The notes under the pieces: generated by a model
Seen by the model: the letters and a program-made list of their open reading frames with translations, nothing else
The model's database searches: none
What the model was told of the DNA's origin: nothing
Part shown: piece by piece, positions 25,926 to 34,697 of the stretch
Numbering within the stretch: position 1 is the first letter of the stretch
Layout of the letters: every line of letters begins with the position of its first letter
Program-made: the position numbers and the translations under genes
Source: an uncultured Candidatus Saccharibacteria bacterium
GTDB lineage: Bacteria; Patescibacteriota; Minisyncoccia; Phycocordibacterales; UBA9973
Direction of reading: 5' to 3'
Assembly (NCBI GenBank): GCA_964522195.1
Contig: CAZFSV010000006.1
Span: 1,408-52,310 of the forward strand
DNA: 50,903 nt

Positions 25926-26612
25926 TTAATATTCGCCACTCATTCTTCTAACTTTTTCAAAGAGTAGCATTACAATGATAGTAAACACCCACAAGAAAGC
26001 AAAAATTTGTATAACATTACTTCCTTCTGTATTAATTATAAAAAAATTAAAGATACTATGCAAGACTGTTGCTAGGATTATTCCAAAAAATAGATATATT
26101 TTTTTTGCAAAGAAGTTCATATAGAAAGAAAGAGCGATAGCTATACCTAAAACAGCACTTACAATACTATGAAGTAAAGTGGATCCAAGAAATCTTAAAC
26201 TACCAGTAAGTAATCCAACAGTAGTATCTCCTAAACTAAAAGGTTCCAACAAGAAAAAAGTATTTTCAAGGGCAGCGAAACCTAATGCGCTTGTAATCAT
26301 GTAAATAGGCCAATCAAGAGGTTTATTTATATATCTAGTATGATAAATTAAAACAAAAACAACAAAATATTTTATTAATTCTTCGGTACTTGCCCAAAGG
26401 ATTAATTGTAAATTTTCGTTTATTATATTTGCTTGGATATATTTTTGGATCGGTATTACAAACATTACACTTAACATTCCTAGGACAAAAATTGCAGTTA
26501 AAACTTGTTTTGGTTCTTTTTTATCTTCTTCTTTAAGCCAAAACCAAAGCCAAAGCAAAGCTGGAATTATTCCCCCTAAAAATGCAAATAAAATTGTTTG
26601 AGGTGTATGCAT
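25926..26612 (-). CDS. prsW: PrsW-family intramembrane metalloprotease
   Basis: 228-aa polytopic protein with the EELIKY (EExxK) motif and later LHS/HSIFN histidine motifs. Confidence 0.7.
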   Translation of the reverse strand: MHTPQTILFAFLGGIIPALLWLWFWLKEEDKKEPKQVLTAIFVLGMLSVMFVIPIQKYIQANIINENLQLILWASTEELIKYFVVFVLIYHTRYINKPLDWPIYMITSALGFAALENTFFLLEPFSLGDTTVGLLTGSLRFLGSTLLHSIVSAVLGIAIALSFYMNFFAKKIYLFFGIILATVLHSIFNFFIINTEGSNVIQIFAFLWVFTIIVMLLFEKVRRMSGEY

Positions 26613-28795
26613 TATTTATTTTTACTAGCCGTAGGAATAGGCCATTTTTGAACCATTAATAATTCTTTTTCTTTCATGTTTTGCCAAATTTCTTCGGTAA
26701 TAAAAGGCATAAAAGGGTGAAGTAACTTTAGTAAAGTTTCTAAGTGAGTATAAAGCAATATTTGAGCCGATTCTTTATTATTATTCTCATTGATTTTTAT
26801 CTTAGATCTTTCTATTAAAATATCTGCAAAAGTGTGCCAGAAATAATGATAAATTTTATCAGCAACAAGGTAGAATTTATATTCTTTCATTTCTTCTGTA
26901 ATTTCTTTTATTAAAATTTCTAATTCTTGATGTGATTTTTTATCTTCTTCATCAAGTAAATCTAAATCTATATTATCTTTTTCCAAAGACGAAGTTTGTT
27001 CTAATACGAAGCGAGTTGCATTCCAGATTTTATTTGAAAATTTTCCGTAAGCTTTTACTTTTTGGATATCAAATTTAGAATCCATGCCCGGTGAAATACC
27101 AATTAAAAGCGACATCCTTAAAGCATCGGCCCCATATTCATTTATAACTTCTATAGGATCAATTCCATTGCCTAAAGATTTACTAAATTTTTGACCTTTA
27201 TTATCTCTTAAAATTCCATGCAAATAAATAGTTTTAAAAGGAATTTCTCCAAGTAAATATTGAGACATTAGTATCATACGAGCAATCCAAAAGAAAAGAA
27301 TTTCATAACCAGGGTTTATAACGTTTGTAGGATGAAAAGTTTTTAAATCTTTAGTTTCTTCTGGCCAACCAAGGGTAGAGAAAGTCCAAAGCCCAGAAGA
27401 GAACCAAGTGTCTAATGTGTCAGGATCTTGCTCCCAATTTTCTATGTCTTGAGGAGGATTTATGTCACAATGAATTTCTTTATTATTTTTATTATACCAA
27501 ACAGGGATTTGGTGTCCGTACCAGATTTGTCTTGAGATGCACCAGTCACGCAAATTTTCTATCCAATGGAAATAAACTTTTAAGAATCTATCAGGTAAAA
27601 TTTCTATTTCTTCTTTTTGTAAAGGTTTAAGCATTAATTCTTTTAAACTTTTATTCTCACGAGAAGGTATAGGCTTATTTACGTCTATAAACCATTGTTC
27701 TTTAGGTAAAGGTTCTATAACTGCCCCTGTGCGTTCTGCGGTTGGAACACTTTGATTTATTTCTTCTTCTTTTTCTAATAAATTATTTTCTTTTAGATAA
27801 TTTACAATTACTTCTCGAGCTTCAATAGTTTTTTTATTTAAAACCCTCTCATCTCCAACAGTTATTTTTGCATATTCATTTATAATAGGAATTATTTTTA
27901 GATTGTGTTTCTGGGCAAGCTCCCAGTCGGTTTGTGAATGAGCTGGAGTAACCCCTAAAGCTCCAGTTCCAAAATCTTTTTCGACTTTTTCATCAGCAAT
28001 AATTTTAATGTTTAGTTTTTCTCCTAGAAAGTCTACTTCATAGGAATTGCCTATATATTTACTGTAACGAGAGTCATCTGGGTGTACGGCTAATGCTGTG
28101 TCTCCTAATTTTGTTTCCGGGCGAGTAGTTGAGATTGAAATAGGGAAGTCAGCAGAGTATTTAAAAGTATAGAGTTTAGCTTTTCTTTCTTCATTTACTA
28201 TTTCGTCATCAGAAATAGTGGTTTGACCTTTTGGATCCCAGTTTACAATACGATAACCACGATAAATTAAACCTTCATCATACATTTTTTTAAAGGTAGT
28301 TCTTACAGCTAAATTTCTTTTCTCGTCTAACGTAAAAGCTTCTCGAGACCAGTCAAGAGACGATCCCATTTTTTTAGTTTGAGAGACGATAGTATCATGA
28401 GAGTTTTTAGCATATTCTTCTACTCGCTTTAAGAACTCTTCTCTACCTAAATCAGTTTTACGAATTTTATCTTTCTCTAGTATTTTTTCTACTTTGGATT
28501 GAGTAGCAATAGCTGCATGATCCGTTCCAGGTATCCAAAGAGTTTTTTTACCCAGCATTCTATTAAATCGTATTAAGGTATCTTGCATTGAATTTTCTAA
28601 AGCATGACCTAAATGCAATACACCAGTCACATTAGGAGGAGGTTGCACAATAGAAAAAGGTTCTGCATCTTCTTTAATAATTCCTTTTTCTACACAAATA
28701 TCAGGATTAAAAAAACCAGATTCTTCCCAGATTTTATAAATATTATCTTCTGTATCTTTTGCGCTATAAGGGCGCAAAAACTTTTCATTTATCAT
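26612..28795 (-). CDS. valS: valyl-tRNA synthetase (short, lacks C-terminal coiled coil)
   Basis: PPPNVTGVLHLGHA (HIGH), KFSKSLGN (KMSKS), and the editing-domain motif TTRPETKLGDTALAVHP. 727 aa. Overlaps prsW by 1 nt. Confidence 0.93.
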   Translation of the reverse strand: MINEKFLRPYSAKDTEDNIYKIWEESGFFNPDICVEKGIIKEDAEPFSIVQPPPNVTGVLHLGHALENSMQDTLIRFNRMLGKKTLWIPGTDHAAIATQSKVEKILEKDKIRKTDLGREEFLKRVEEYAKNSHDTIVSQTKKMGSSLDWSREAFTLDEKRNLAVRTTFKKMYDEGLIYRGYRIVNWDPKGQTTISDDEIVNEERKAKLYTFKYSADFPISISTTRPETKLGDTALAVHPDDSRYSKYIGNSYEVDFLGEKLNIKIIADEKVEKDFGTGALGVTPAHSQTDWELAQKHNLKIIPIINEYAKITVGDERVLNKKTIEAREVIVNYLKENNLLEKEEEINQSVPTAERTGAVIEPLPKEQWFIDVNKPIPSRENKSLKELMLKPLQKEEIEILPDRFLKVYFHWIENLRDWCISRQIWYGHQIPVWYNKNNKEIHCDINPPQDIENWEQDPDTLDTWFSSGLWTFSTLGWPEETKDLKTFHPTNVINPGYEILFFWIARMILMSQYLLGEIPFKTIYLHGILRDNKGQKFSKSLGNGIDPIEVINEYGADALRMSLLIGISPGMDSKFDIQKVKAYGKFSNKIWNATRFVLEQTSSLEKDNIDLDLLDEEDKKSHQELEILIKEITEEMKEYKFYLVADKIYHYFWHTFADILIERSKIKINENNNKESAQILLYTHLETLLKLLHPFMPFITEEIWQNMKEKELLMVQKWPIPTASKNK

Positions 28796-28815
28796 AATAT
28801 GAATTATATCATAAT

Positions 28816-29985
28816 CTATTTTAGTTTTAAATTACCTTCGGCTTTTATATTTTTATATATTTTCTTTGGGTTTTCTAGATATTTCATAAAACCAGCCATG
28901 GCAATCATTATAGAATTATCTCCAGTTAGTTTTTGTTTTGGAATCATAATTTTGATGTTGTATTTTTTACCCATCTTAGTTATTTCTTTTTTTATGTTTT
29001 TATTAGCCGAAACTCCTCCAGCTACGATAAGTCCACTTACTTTATATTTTTCTATAGCTTTTTTTGTTTTATGAAGCAAGACTTCAGTAACAGCTTCTTC
29101 AAACTCTAAAGCAATTTTTCTTTTTAAATTCTCGTCAATAACAACTTTATTTTTTTCTAAATCTTGCAGTAGATAAAGTACTGCTGTCTTAAGACCCGAA
29201 AAAGAGAAATTAAAATCTTTTGTATGTATCATGGGTCGGGGTAGTTTTATAGCTTCAGAAAAGTTTTGAATTTTAAAAGCACGCATATCCGCGTGCTCGC
29301 GGATTGCTATGTTCGGCTCGACAGCCTGCGCAATGCTTTTAAAATTCAAAACTTTTCTTCTTTCTTCCGCTAAGCGAGAAACTTCAGGCCCTCCTGGATA
29401 AGGTAATTTCAACATTCGTGCAACTTTATCATAAGCTTCACCAACAGCATCATCAACAGTCTCGCCAATAATTTTATATTTACCCCAAGATTTAATCAAA
29501 ACAAGCTCAGTATGACCTCCAGAAATTAATAAAGAAAGTAGGGGAAATTTAGCTTCTTTTTTATCTAAAGGAATTTTAAAATTCCCTGTATGATTAGCGT
29601 AAACTGAAAAAATATGACCTTCCATATGATTCGCAGGAATTGTGGGTATATTCCATTTTTGGCTTAATTCTTTTGCGAAAACTATTCCAGTCCAAAGTGC
29701 AGGTTCAAGTCCTGGACCTGAAGTTACTATTACTACATCTACAGGCTTTTTGCTTTTTTCTAATTTTGTCTTTTTTAAAACTTTTTTAAGTAGAATCGGT
29801 AAATTCTTAATATGTTCTCTTTTAGCTAGTGCGGGGTAAACTCCTCCATATTCTTTATGGATTTTTACTTGAGAGGCGAGGGTGTTCGCAAGGATTTTAA
29901 AATTTGTATTATTTTTGTCCTTTTTTGCTTCAAGGATACTTATCCCTGTTTCGTCACAGCTTGTTTCTATGGCTAATATTTTCAT
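28816..29985 (-). CDS. tsaD: tRNA N6-adenosine threonylcarbamoyltransferase TsaD
   Basis: ILAIETSCDETGISI, HMEGH, SGGHTEL, DDAVGEAYDKVAR, PYPGGP, FSFSGLKTAV and VAGGVSAN motifs. 389 aa including a ~33-aa in-frame insert (DNA 29258-29357). Confidence 0.92.
   Translation of the reverse strand: MKILAIETSCDETGISILEAKKDKNNTNFKILANTLASQVKIHKEYGGVYPALAKREHIKNLPILLKKVLKKTKLEKSKKPVDVVIVTSGPGLEPALWTGIVFAKELSQKWNIPTIPANHMEGHIFSVYANHTGNFKIPLDKKEAKFPLLSLLISGGHTELVLIKSWGKYKIIGETVDDAVGEAYDKVARMLKLPYPGGPEVSRLAEERRKVLNFKSIAQAVEPNIAIREHADMRAFKIQNFSEAIKLPRPMIHTKDFNFSFSGLKTAVLYLLQDLEKNKVVIDENLKRKIALEFEEAVTEVLLHKTKKAIEKYKVSGLIVAGGVSANKNIKKEITKMGKKYNIKIMIPKQKLTGDNSIMIAMAGFMKYLENPKKIYKNIKAEGNLKLK
29258..29357. repeat. 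in-frame palindromic insertion in tsaD (perfect 23-nt inverted arms around a 54-nt GC-rich core)
   Basis: Left arm GAAAAGTTTTGAATTTTAAAAGC (29258-29280). Right arm GCTTTTAAAATTCAAAACTTTTC (29335-29357). The core contains a nested ATCCGCG/CGCGGAT hairpin. Confidence 0.85.
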
Positions 29986-30091
29986 ATTTCAATATTATGA
30001 TATTTATTCTTTCTATTGTCAAATTTTAAAATTTATGTTATATTTATTTTGAATGTACATTATATAATTATAATATAAAACAATTTTAAAA

Positions 30092-30403
30092 ATGGTTTCA
30101 AAGATCTCAAATTTTCCTTCTTTAGAAAATTTACAAATTGGAGATTATTTTATTAGCATGAATAATGAAATAAACACTAATGTAATGTTTGCAAGAGTCG
30201 AAGACTCTGGCAACAGATATAAGATGGATATGTTTTTAAATTTACCAAAAATGGAAATAGGCAATTTATTGGGTATTGTTGAAAGTTTTTCTGGTATTGA
30301 TTTTGTAAAAATTGATGAAAAAGAAATCCCATCATTTTTGCAAAAAAGTGATAATTTTAATTATGATTCTATTTTTAAGGCTAATTCATTAAGAAAGCCT
30401 TAG
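30092..30403 (+). CDS. hypothetical protein
   Basis: 103-aa ATG ORF with a TTGTCA-17-TATATT box upstream and a GGAGC/GCTCC terminator downstream. Confidence 0.45.
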   Translation: MVSKISNFPSLENLQIGDYFISMNNEINTNVMFARVEDSGNRYKMDMFLNLPKMEIGNLLGIVESFSGIDFVKIDEKEIPSFLQKSDNFNYDSIFKANSLRKP

Positions 30404-30418
30404 TAATTTTATAAATTA

Positions 30419-30440
30419 GGAGCAATAGCTCCTTTTTTTA
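30419..30440 (+). terminator. rho-independent terminator
   Basis: GGAGC-AATA-GCTCC followed by TTTTTTT. Confidence 0.5.
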
Positions 30441-30492
30441 TTTTCTGTTATATTATATTTGGATTATATTCTTTCACTTAAAATCTTTTAAT

Positions 30493-30759
30493 ATGGAAAA
30501 TTTCTTAGTTCTAAATAAATCTATAGAAGGTAAAATAATACTTTCTCTTTTTATTAAAAAAGAATTAAAATTAGAAAGGAAATTTCCTTTCTTATATTTT
30601 GACAATAGAGAAGATATAGAATACCTTTTTTCTATTATTAAGACTGATTGGAAAATTGAATTTAAATTTAAATCAAAGTCCAAATCAGATAAAATATTTA
30701 TTATTGAAAATATTGAATATCTATTGTCTAAAATACAAAACAAAAAAGCAGATAAATAA
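30493..30759 (+). CDS. hypothetical small protein
   Basis: 88 aa. Preferred over the antisense ORF 30474..30743 on composition. Its stop sits inside a strong terminator hairpin. Confidence 0.35.
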   Translation: MENFLVLNKSIEGKIILSLFIKKELKLERKFPFLYFDNREDIEYLFSIIKTDWKIEFKFKSKSKSDKIFIIENIEYLLSKIQNKKADK

Positions 30760-30777
30760 TTATTTATCTGCTTTTTT
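30748..30777. terminator. bidirectional terminator
   Basis: GCAGATAAATA-AT-TATTTATCTGC flanked by A6 and T6. Confidence 0.7.
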
Positions 30778-30807
30778 ATATTTTTTAAAAAATGTTATTA
30801 TATTATT

Positions 30808-32199
30808 ATGTTTAAATTTATATTTAATGCTTTTCAAGATGGTTTTAATAAAGTTAAAAATAACACTCAACTTATTTTTACTATTATTACAGCAATTATT
30901 ATAGTTATTGCTTTTATATTTACCACAGAAAGATTTATCAAAATTGCAAACGATGCTCAAGAAAGATTGATTAATGTAAGGGTTGGTTCATTGCAAGATG
31001 CTTTCGTGCCTTTTGCTGTTGATAAATTAAATGACAAAGATTATTTAAACCAAAAAATTAATGAAGTTTTAAAAAACAATGAAACTATTAGAACTTTTCG
31101 AATTATTATAAAAGAAAAATTATTTAATGAAGAATTAAATAAAGATATTTTTGTATACAAAATAATAGCATCTAATAATACAGAAGAATTAAATCAAGAT
31201 ATTGATTTAGGTTATTATTTCTTTAATTTAGCTTCATTAGAACCTTCATCTTCAATTACATTACCAATTACTTCTAATGATGAAAGACTTTTTCAAACCA
31301 CGAGAGCCATTTTGAATATAAATCAAGAAATAGTAGGTGTTATTACAACAACGCAAACTTTATCTCAAGCTGATTTAACTATTCAAAAAAATATTGAAAA
31401 CAGTAAATTTTTATTATTATTTGTTGTTATTTTAATAATTTTTTTATTTTTTAGACAATCAAAAATAATAGATTATATAGATTTATACAAAAAATTAAAA
31501 GAAATAGATAAATTAAAAGATGATTTCGTTTCTATGGCTTCACATGAATTAAAGACACCTTTGTTTATTATAAAAGGTTATGCTGATTTCATAAAAGACG
31601 CACCAGAACTTTTACCTGAAACGAGAGAAAATGTATCAAAAATTGAAATCTCTGTAAACCAATTGAATTCTTTAATAAATGAAATCTTAGATGTCTCTAT
31701 GATTGAGCAAGGTAGAATGAATTTTGAATATAAAGAATTAAATCCTAAAGAATTAATTGTAAATATTGCTGATTCTTTTGCTTTAAATGCTAAAGAGAAA
31801 AATTTAAATATTTCTTTTGACTTTTCTAAAGCGGCTGATGGTCAACTTATTAGTGTTGATGAAAATAAATTAAGACAGGTTTTAATTAATTTGATTGGAA
31901 ATGCAGTTAAATATACAAATAAAGGAGAAGTTATAATAAAACAATATGTTGAAAAAAATCGCTTATATATTAGAGTTAGTGATACTGGTATTGGTATGAG
32001 TTCAGAAGAAAAAGAAAGATTGTTTGAAAAATTTTATAGAATACGAAATGAAGATACTCAAAGCATAAGAGGAACTGGTCTAGGGCTTTGGATTACAGCT
32101 AAAATAGTGAAAGAAATGAAAGGGGATATATCTGTAGAATCTATCAAGGGAGTTGGTTCTCATTTTGTGATTTACTTTCCAATAATAAATTCAAAATAA
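30808..32199 (+). CDS. sensor histidine kinase (HisKA + HATPase_c), no cognate response regulator nearby
   Basis: Two TM helices flank a ~170-aa sensor domain. H-box SMASHELKTPL, N-box LINLIGNAVKYT, G-boxes DTGIGM and GTGLGLWI. Confidence 0.85.
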   Translation: MFKFIFNAFQDGFNKVKNNTQLIFTIITAIIIVIAFIFTTERFIKIANDAQERLINVRVGSLQDAFVPFAVDKLNDKDYLNQKINEVLKNNETIRTFRIIIKEKLFNEELNKDIFVYKIIASNNTEELNQDIDLGYYFFNLASLEPSSSITLPITSNDERLFQTTRAILNINQEIVGVITTTQTLSQADLTIQKNIENSKFLLLFVVILIIFLFFRQSKIIDYIDLYKKLKEIDKLKDDFVSMASHELKTPLFIIKGYADFIKDAPELLPETRENVSKIEISVNQLNSLINEILDVSMIEQGRMNFEYKELNPKELIVNIADSFALNAKEKNLNISFDFSKAADGQLISVDENKLRQVLINLIGNAVKYTNKGEVIIKQYVEKNRLYIRVSDTGIGMSSEEKERLFEKFYRIRNEDTQSIRGTGLGLWITAKIVKEMKGDISVESIKGVGSHFVIYFPIINSK

Positions 32200-32241
32200 T
32201 TTATTGATTTATCTAGTTTATAGTTTTATAATTAAGGTAAT

Positions 32242-34560
32242 ATGAATATTTATATTTCAAGTAAGATTAAGGTAACTTTTTTGTTGTTTTTTTTAATTAT
32301 TTCTTTATCATATCTTTTTTACAATAATAAAGTTTTTTCTCTTGAATCTGCAAATTTAAATAACACATCTTCCGTTCCATATAACTTAAGTTATCAAATA
32401 ACAAATAACGCAGTAAAAATTTATTGGAATTATAATTCAAATAATAATTATAATTTTAAAATTTATAAAAATAATAATACTACACCAATTTATTCTGTAA
32501 ATAGCACCTTTGGAACAACATCATACTTTTATATTGATGATCTTACTAACAACAAAGGCGCGACTAATACTTACTATGTTAAAGCTTGTTTATTAGAAAA
32601 TATTTTTAATTGTGTAAATTCTAATATTATTACAGTAGTTCCAATAGAGGAATATGTTTTCACTGGCTCGCAAACAAATACTATTTCTACAATATCTCCA
32701 ACAACTTCCACCAGTACACAAACAACAGCTACTATACCCAATACAATCACCACAACCACAACTATACCGATTGCTGCTTCAAACACAACAACTTCCACCA
32801 GTACACAAACAACAACTACACCTACTGTCACAACACAAACCAATACCACAACAGCATTAATTGCAGATTCATTTGATAAAACAAATACATTTGAAACTAC
32901 AAATATAAAGAATTATAATGGCTCTCTTTTATCTCCTTCTAATTTTACTGCTTTATTTGATAAGACCTCTCAAAAAATTTATTTAAAATGGTCCGATAAT
33001 TCTTCTAATGAGAAAAATTTTTTGATTTTTAAAAAAACATTTGGAGCAACTACGAAAGATTTTTATCTTTTGGCTACTTTAAATTCAAATATTACTGAAT
33101 ATCAAGATTCTGATATTGTTCCTGAGTCTTATTATAAATATTATATTAAGAGTTGTAATTTAGATGGTTGTTCACCTGATGTTTATTCAAATGAAGTTTT
33201 AATAAATTATAGTATTAAGACGATAAAAGAGATTATTGCAAATAATAATACGACAAATACCCAAACAACATCAACAATAAAAAATGAAACAAATATATCT
33301 AATACCACAAATAAAATCACCACACAAAGTCAGGGTGGTTATAATACCATTGGAGAATTTGATGTCAAAAACACACTAAAACCAACAACTACCACAAAAT
33401 TAGTTCAAGAAAACAATAAAGAAGAGATTGTTCCAGTTTTTGATATTAAAAAAGAAAAAGATACTCTAATTAGTAAAATTAATTCTTCTTCTCAAGATGA
33501 ATTATTAAAAAACCTAGAAACAAACATACAAAAAACTAAAGAATTAAATAAGAATACTATTTTAGCTAAAGAAGAATTAATTAAAAATATAAATTTAGCT
33601 TTTGATTCTTTGTCTTTTGATTTATCAGATGAAAATAAAGAAAAAATTTTAATTTATAGAAATGAAGTTTTAAATAAAATTAATAATTATTTTTCTTCTT
33701 TAGATTTATCCAATAATCAAGATATTGATTTATTTAGCAAAAATTTAGATAAAGAAATTAATGTTTTTTTGTCTAAAACAATAGAGCAAACTTTAGACTC
33801 AAAACAAGATAAAAATAAATTGATTGATATTGAAAAAGAATTTACTCAAGTTAATCAGCTTTTAAAAATTAAATCTTCTTCAATAAAACAAGAGGGTTTA
33901 AGTATTTTTTATCAAGATACAAATAAGGATGGTGTTTCTGATTATGATTCTCTGTATGTTTACAATATCGACCCTGTTTTACCTTCTCCAGTTTCAGTAT
34001 TACCAGATGGTAAGAAAATAAATGCCTCAGAAAAGATTTTGCTTGGTTACGACCCAAAGAAAACAGATTTGATTAATATTAATTTAGAAGAACCAAAAGA
34101 ATCAGATATTAATATTATAAAAGATTACTCAATTAATGAAGTAAAATTAACTACAGAAAAATTAGTAACTATTAAGGGTAATGCTTTACCAAATAGTTTT
34201 GTGTCTTTATATATTTACAGTAACCCTATTATGGTGACAATTAAAACCAATTCATTAGGGGAGTGGGAGTATGTTTTAGATAAAGAATTAGAAGATGGTA
34301 ACCATTCTATTTATGTTGCTACAGTTAATAATACAGGAAAGATTTTAGCTCGAAGCGAAGGATATTTCTTTGCTAAAACTGCTGAAGCTATTACTTTCCA
34401 AGATGTACCCTTAGCTCAAGTTTACGAACCAGTTAAAGAACCAAGTATTTTAGGGAATGTTAATTTATATCTTCTTTCTGGTATTATTTTAGTTATAATT
34501 CTTTCTATCTTTGTTTTGCTAGGAATGTATAATCAAAAAAACAAACAAGAAATGAAATAA
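32242..34560 (+). CDS. large cell-surface protein: two FN3-like modules, Thr-rich linker, coiled region, Ig-like domain, C-terminal TM anchor
   Basis: 772 aa with a signal peptide. FN3-like segments (VKIYWNY...YYVKACL and IYLKWSD...YYKYYIKSCNLDGC), a TSTSTQTT low-complexity region, and a C-terminal TM helix (LYLLSGIILVIILSIFVLLG). Confidence 0.7.
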   Translation: MNIYISSKIKVTFLLFFLIISLSYLFYNNKVFSLESANLNNTSSVPYNLSYQITNNAVKIYWNYNSNNNYNFKIYKNNNTTPIYSVNSTFGTTSYFYIDDLTNNKGATNTYYVKACLLENIFNCVNSNIITVVPIEEYVFTGSQTNTISTISPTTSTSTQTTATIPNTITTTTTIPIAASNTTTSTSTQTTTTPTVTTQTNTTTALIADSFDKTNTFETTNIKNYNGSLLSPSNFTALFDKTSQKIYLKWSDNSSNEKNFLIFKKTFGATTKDFYLLATLNSNITEYQDSDIVPESYYKYYIKSCNLDGCSPDVYSNEVLINYSIKTIKEIIANNNTTNTQTTSTIKNETNISNTTNKITTQSQGGYNTIGEFDVKNTLKPTTTTKLVQENNKEEIVPVFDIKKEKDTLISKINSSSQDELLKNLETNIQKTKELNKNTILAKEELIKNINLAFDSLSFDLSDENKEKILIYRNEVLNKINNYFSSLDLSNNQDIDLFSKNLDKEINVFLSKTIEQTLDSKQDKNKLIDIEKEFTQVNQLLKIKSSSIKQEGLSIFYQDTNKDGVSDYDSLYVYNIDPVLPSPVSVLPDGKKINASEKILLGYDPKKTDLININLEEPKESDINIIKDYSINEVKLTTEKLVTIKGNALPNSFVSLYIYSNPIMVTIKTNSLGEWEYVLDKELEDGNHSIYVATVNNTGKILARSEGYFFAKTAEAITFQDVPLAQVYEPVKEPSILGNVNLYLLSGIILVIILSIFVLLGMYNQKNKQEMK
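32701..32814 (+). repeat. 27-nt perfect direct repeat (x2, 87 nt apart) in the Thr-rich linker of the surface protein
   Basis: ACAACTTCCACCAGTACACAAACAACA occurs at 32701-32727 and 32788-32814. Confidence 0.85.
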
Positions 34561-34584
34561 AGTTAATGATTGTTTCTTTTAAGG

Positions 34585-34657
34585 TGCGCGATATAGGATT
34601 CGAACCTATCGCCTATCCCACGTCAAGGGATCGCTCTACCAAATGAGCTAACCGCGC
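34585..34657 (-). tRNA. tRNA-Val (anticodon GAC)
   Basis: Reverse complement: acceptor GCGCGGT/ATCGCGC, D arm GCTC-ATTTGGTA-GAGC, anticodon arm ATCCC-TTGACGT-GGGAT, T arm ATAGG-TTCGAAT-CCTAT. CCA is not encoded. Confidence 0.88.
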
Positions 34658-34697
34658 AAAACTCGACTAAATAATTATAGTCGGTTGTATTTATATA

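Noticed and set aside
28613-29074. 153-aa plus-strand ORF spanning the valS/tsaD junction
   Set aside because: It is antisense to two strongly supported conserved genes and its sequence is hydrophobic and low-complexity, typical of a shadow ORF in AT-rich DNA. The same reasoning applies to 1114..1296, 2003..2260, 2103..2303, 3130..3393, 4985..5305, 5748..6167, 11148..11432, 11167..11382, 12373..12591, 12858..13061, 14237..14446, 14489..14839, 16932..17201, 21448..21729, 22787..23029, 27415..27630, 29642..29839, 32574..32849, 32654..32860, 33869..34057, 36098..36322, 38669..38863, 43963..44220, 44253..44513, 47096..47299, 48709..48912, 49989..50255 and 50386..50574.
30656-30960. ORFs 30656..30904 (+), 30760..30960 (-) and 30474..30743 (-) around the histidine kinase start
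   Set aside because: They overlap a strong terminator and/or the kinase N-terminus, and their low-complexity Asn/Lys/Leu composition is typical of random frames in AT-rich sequence.
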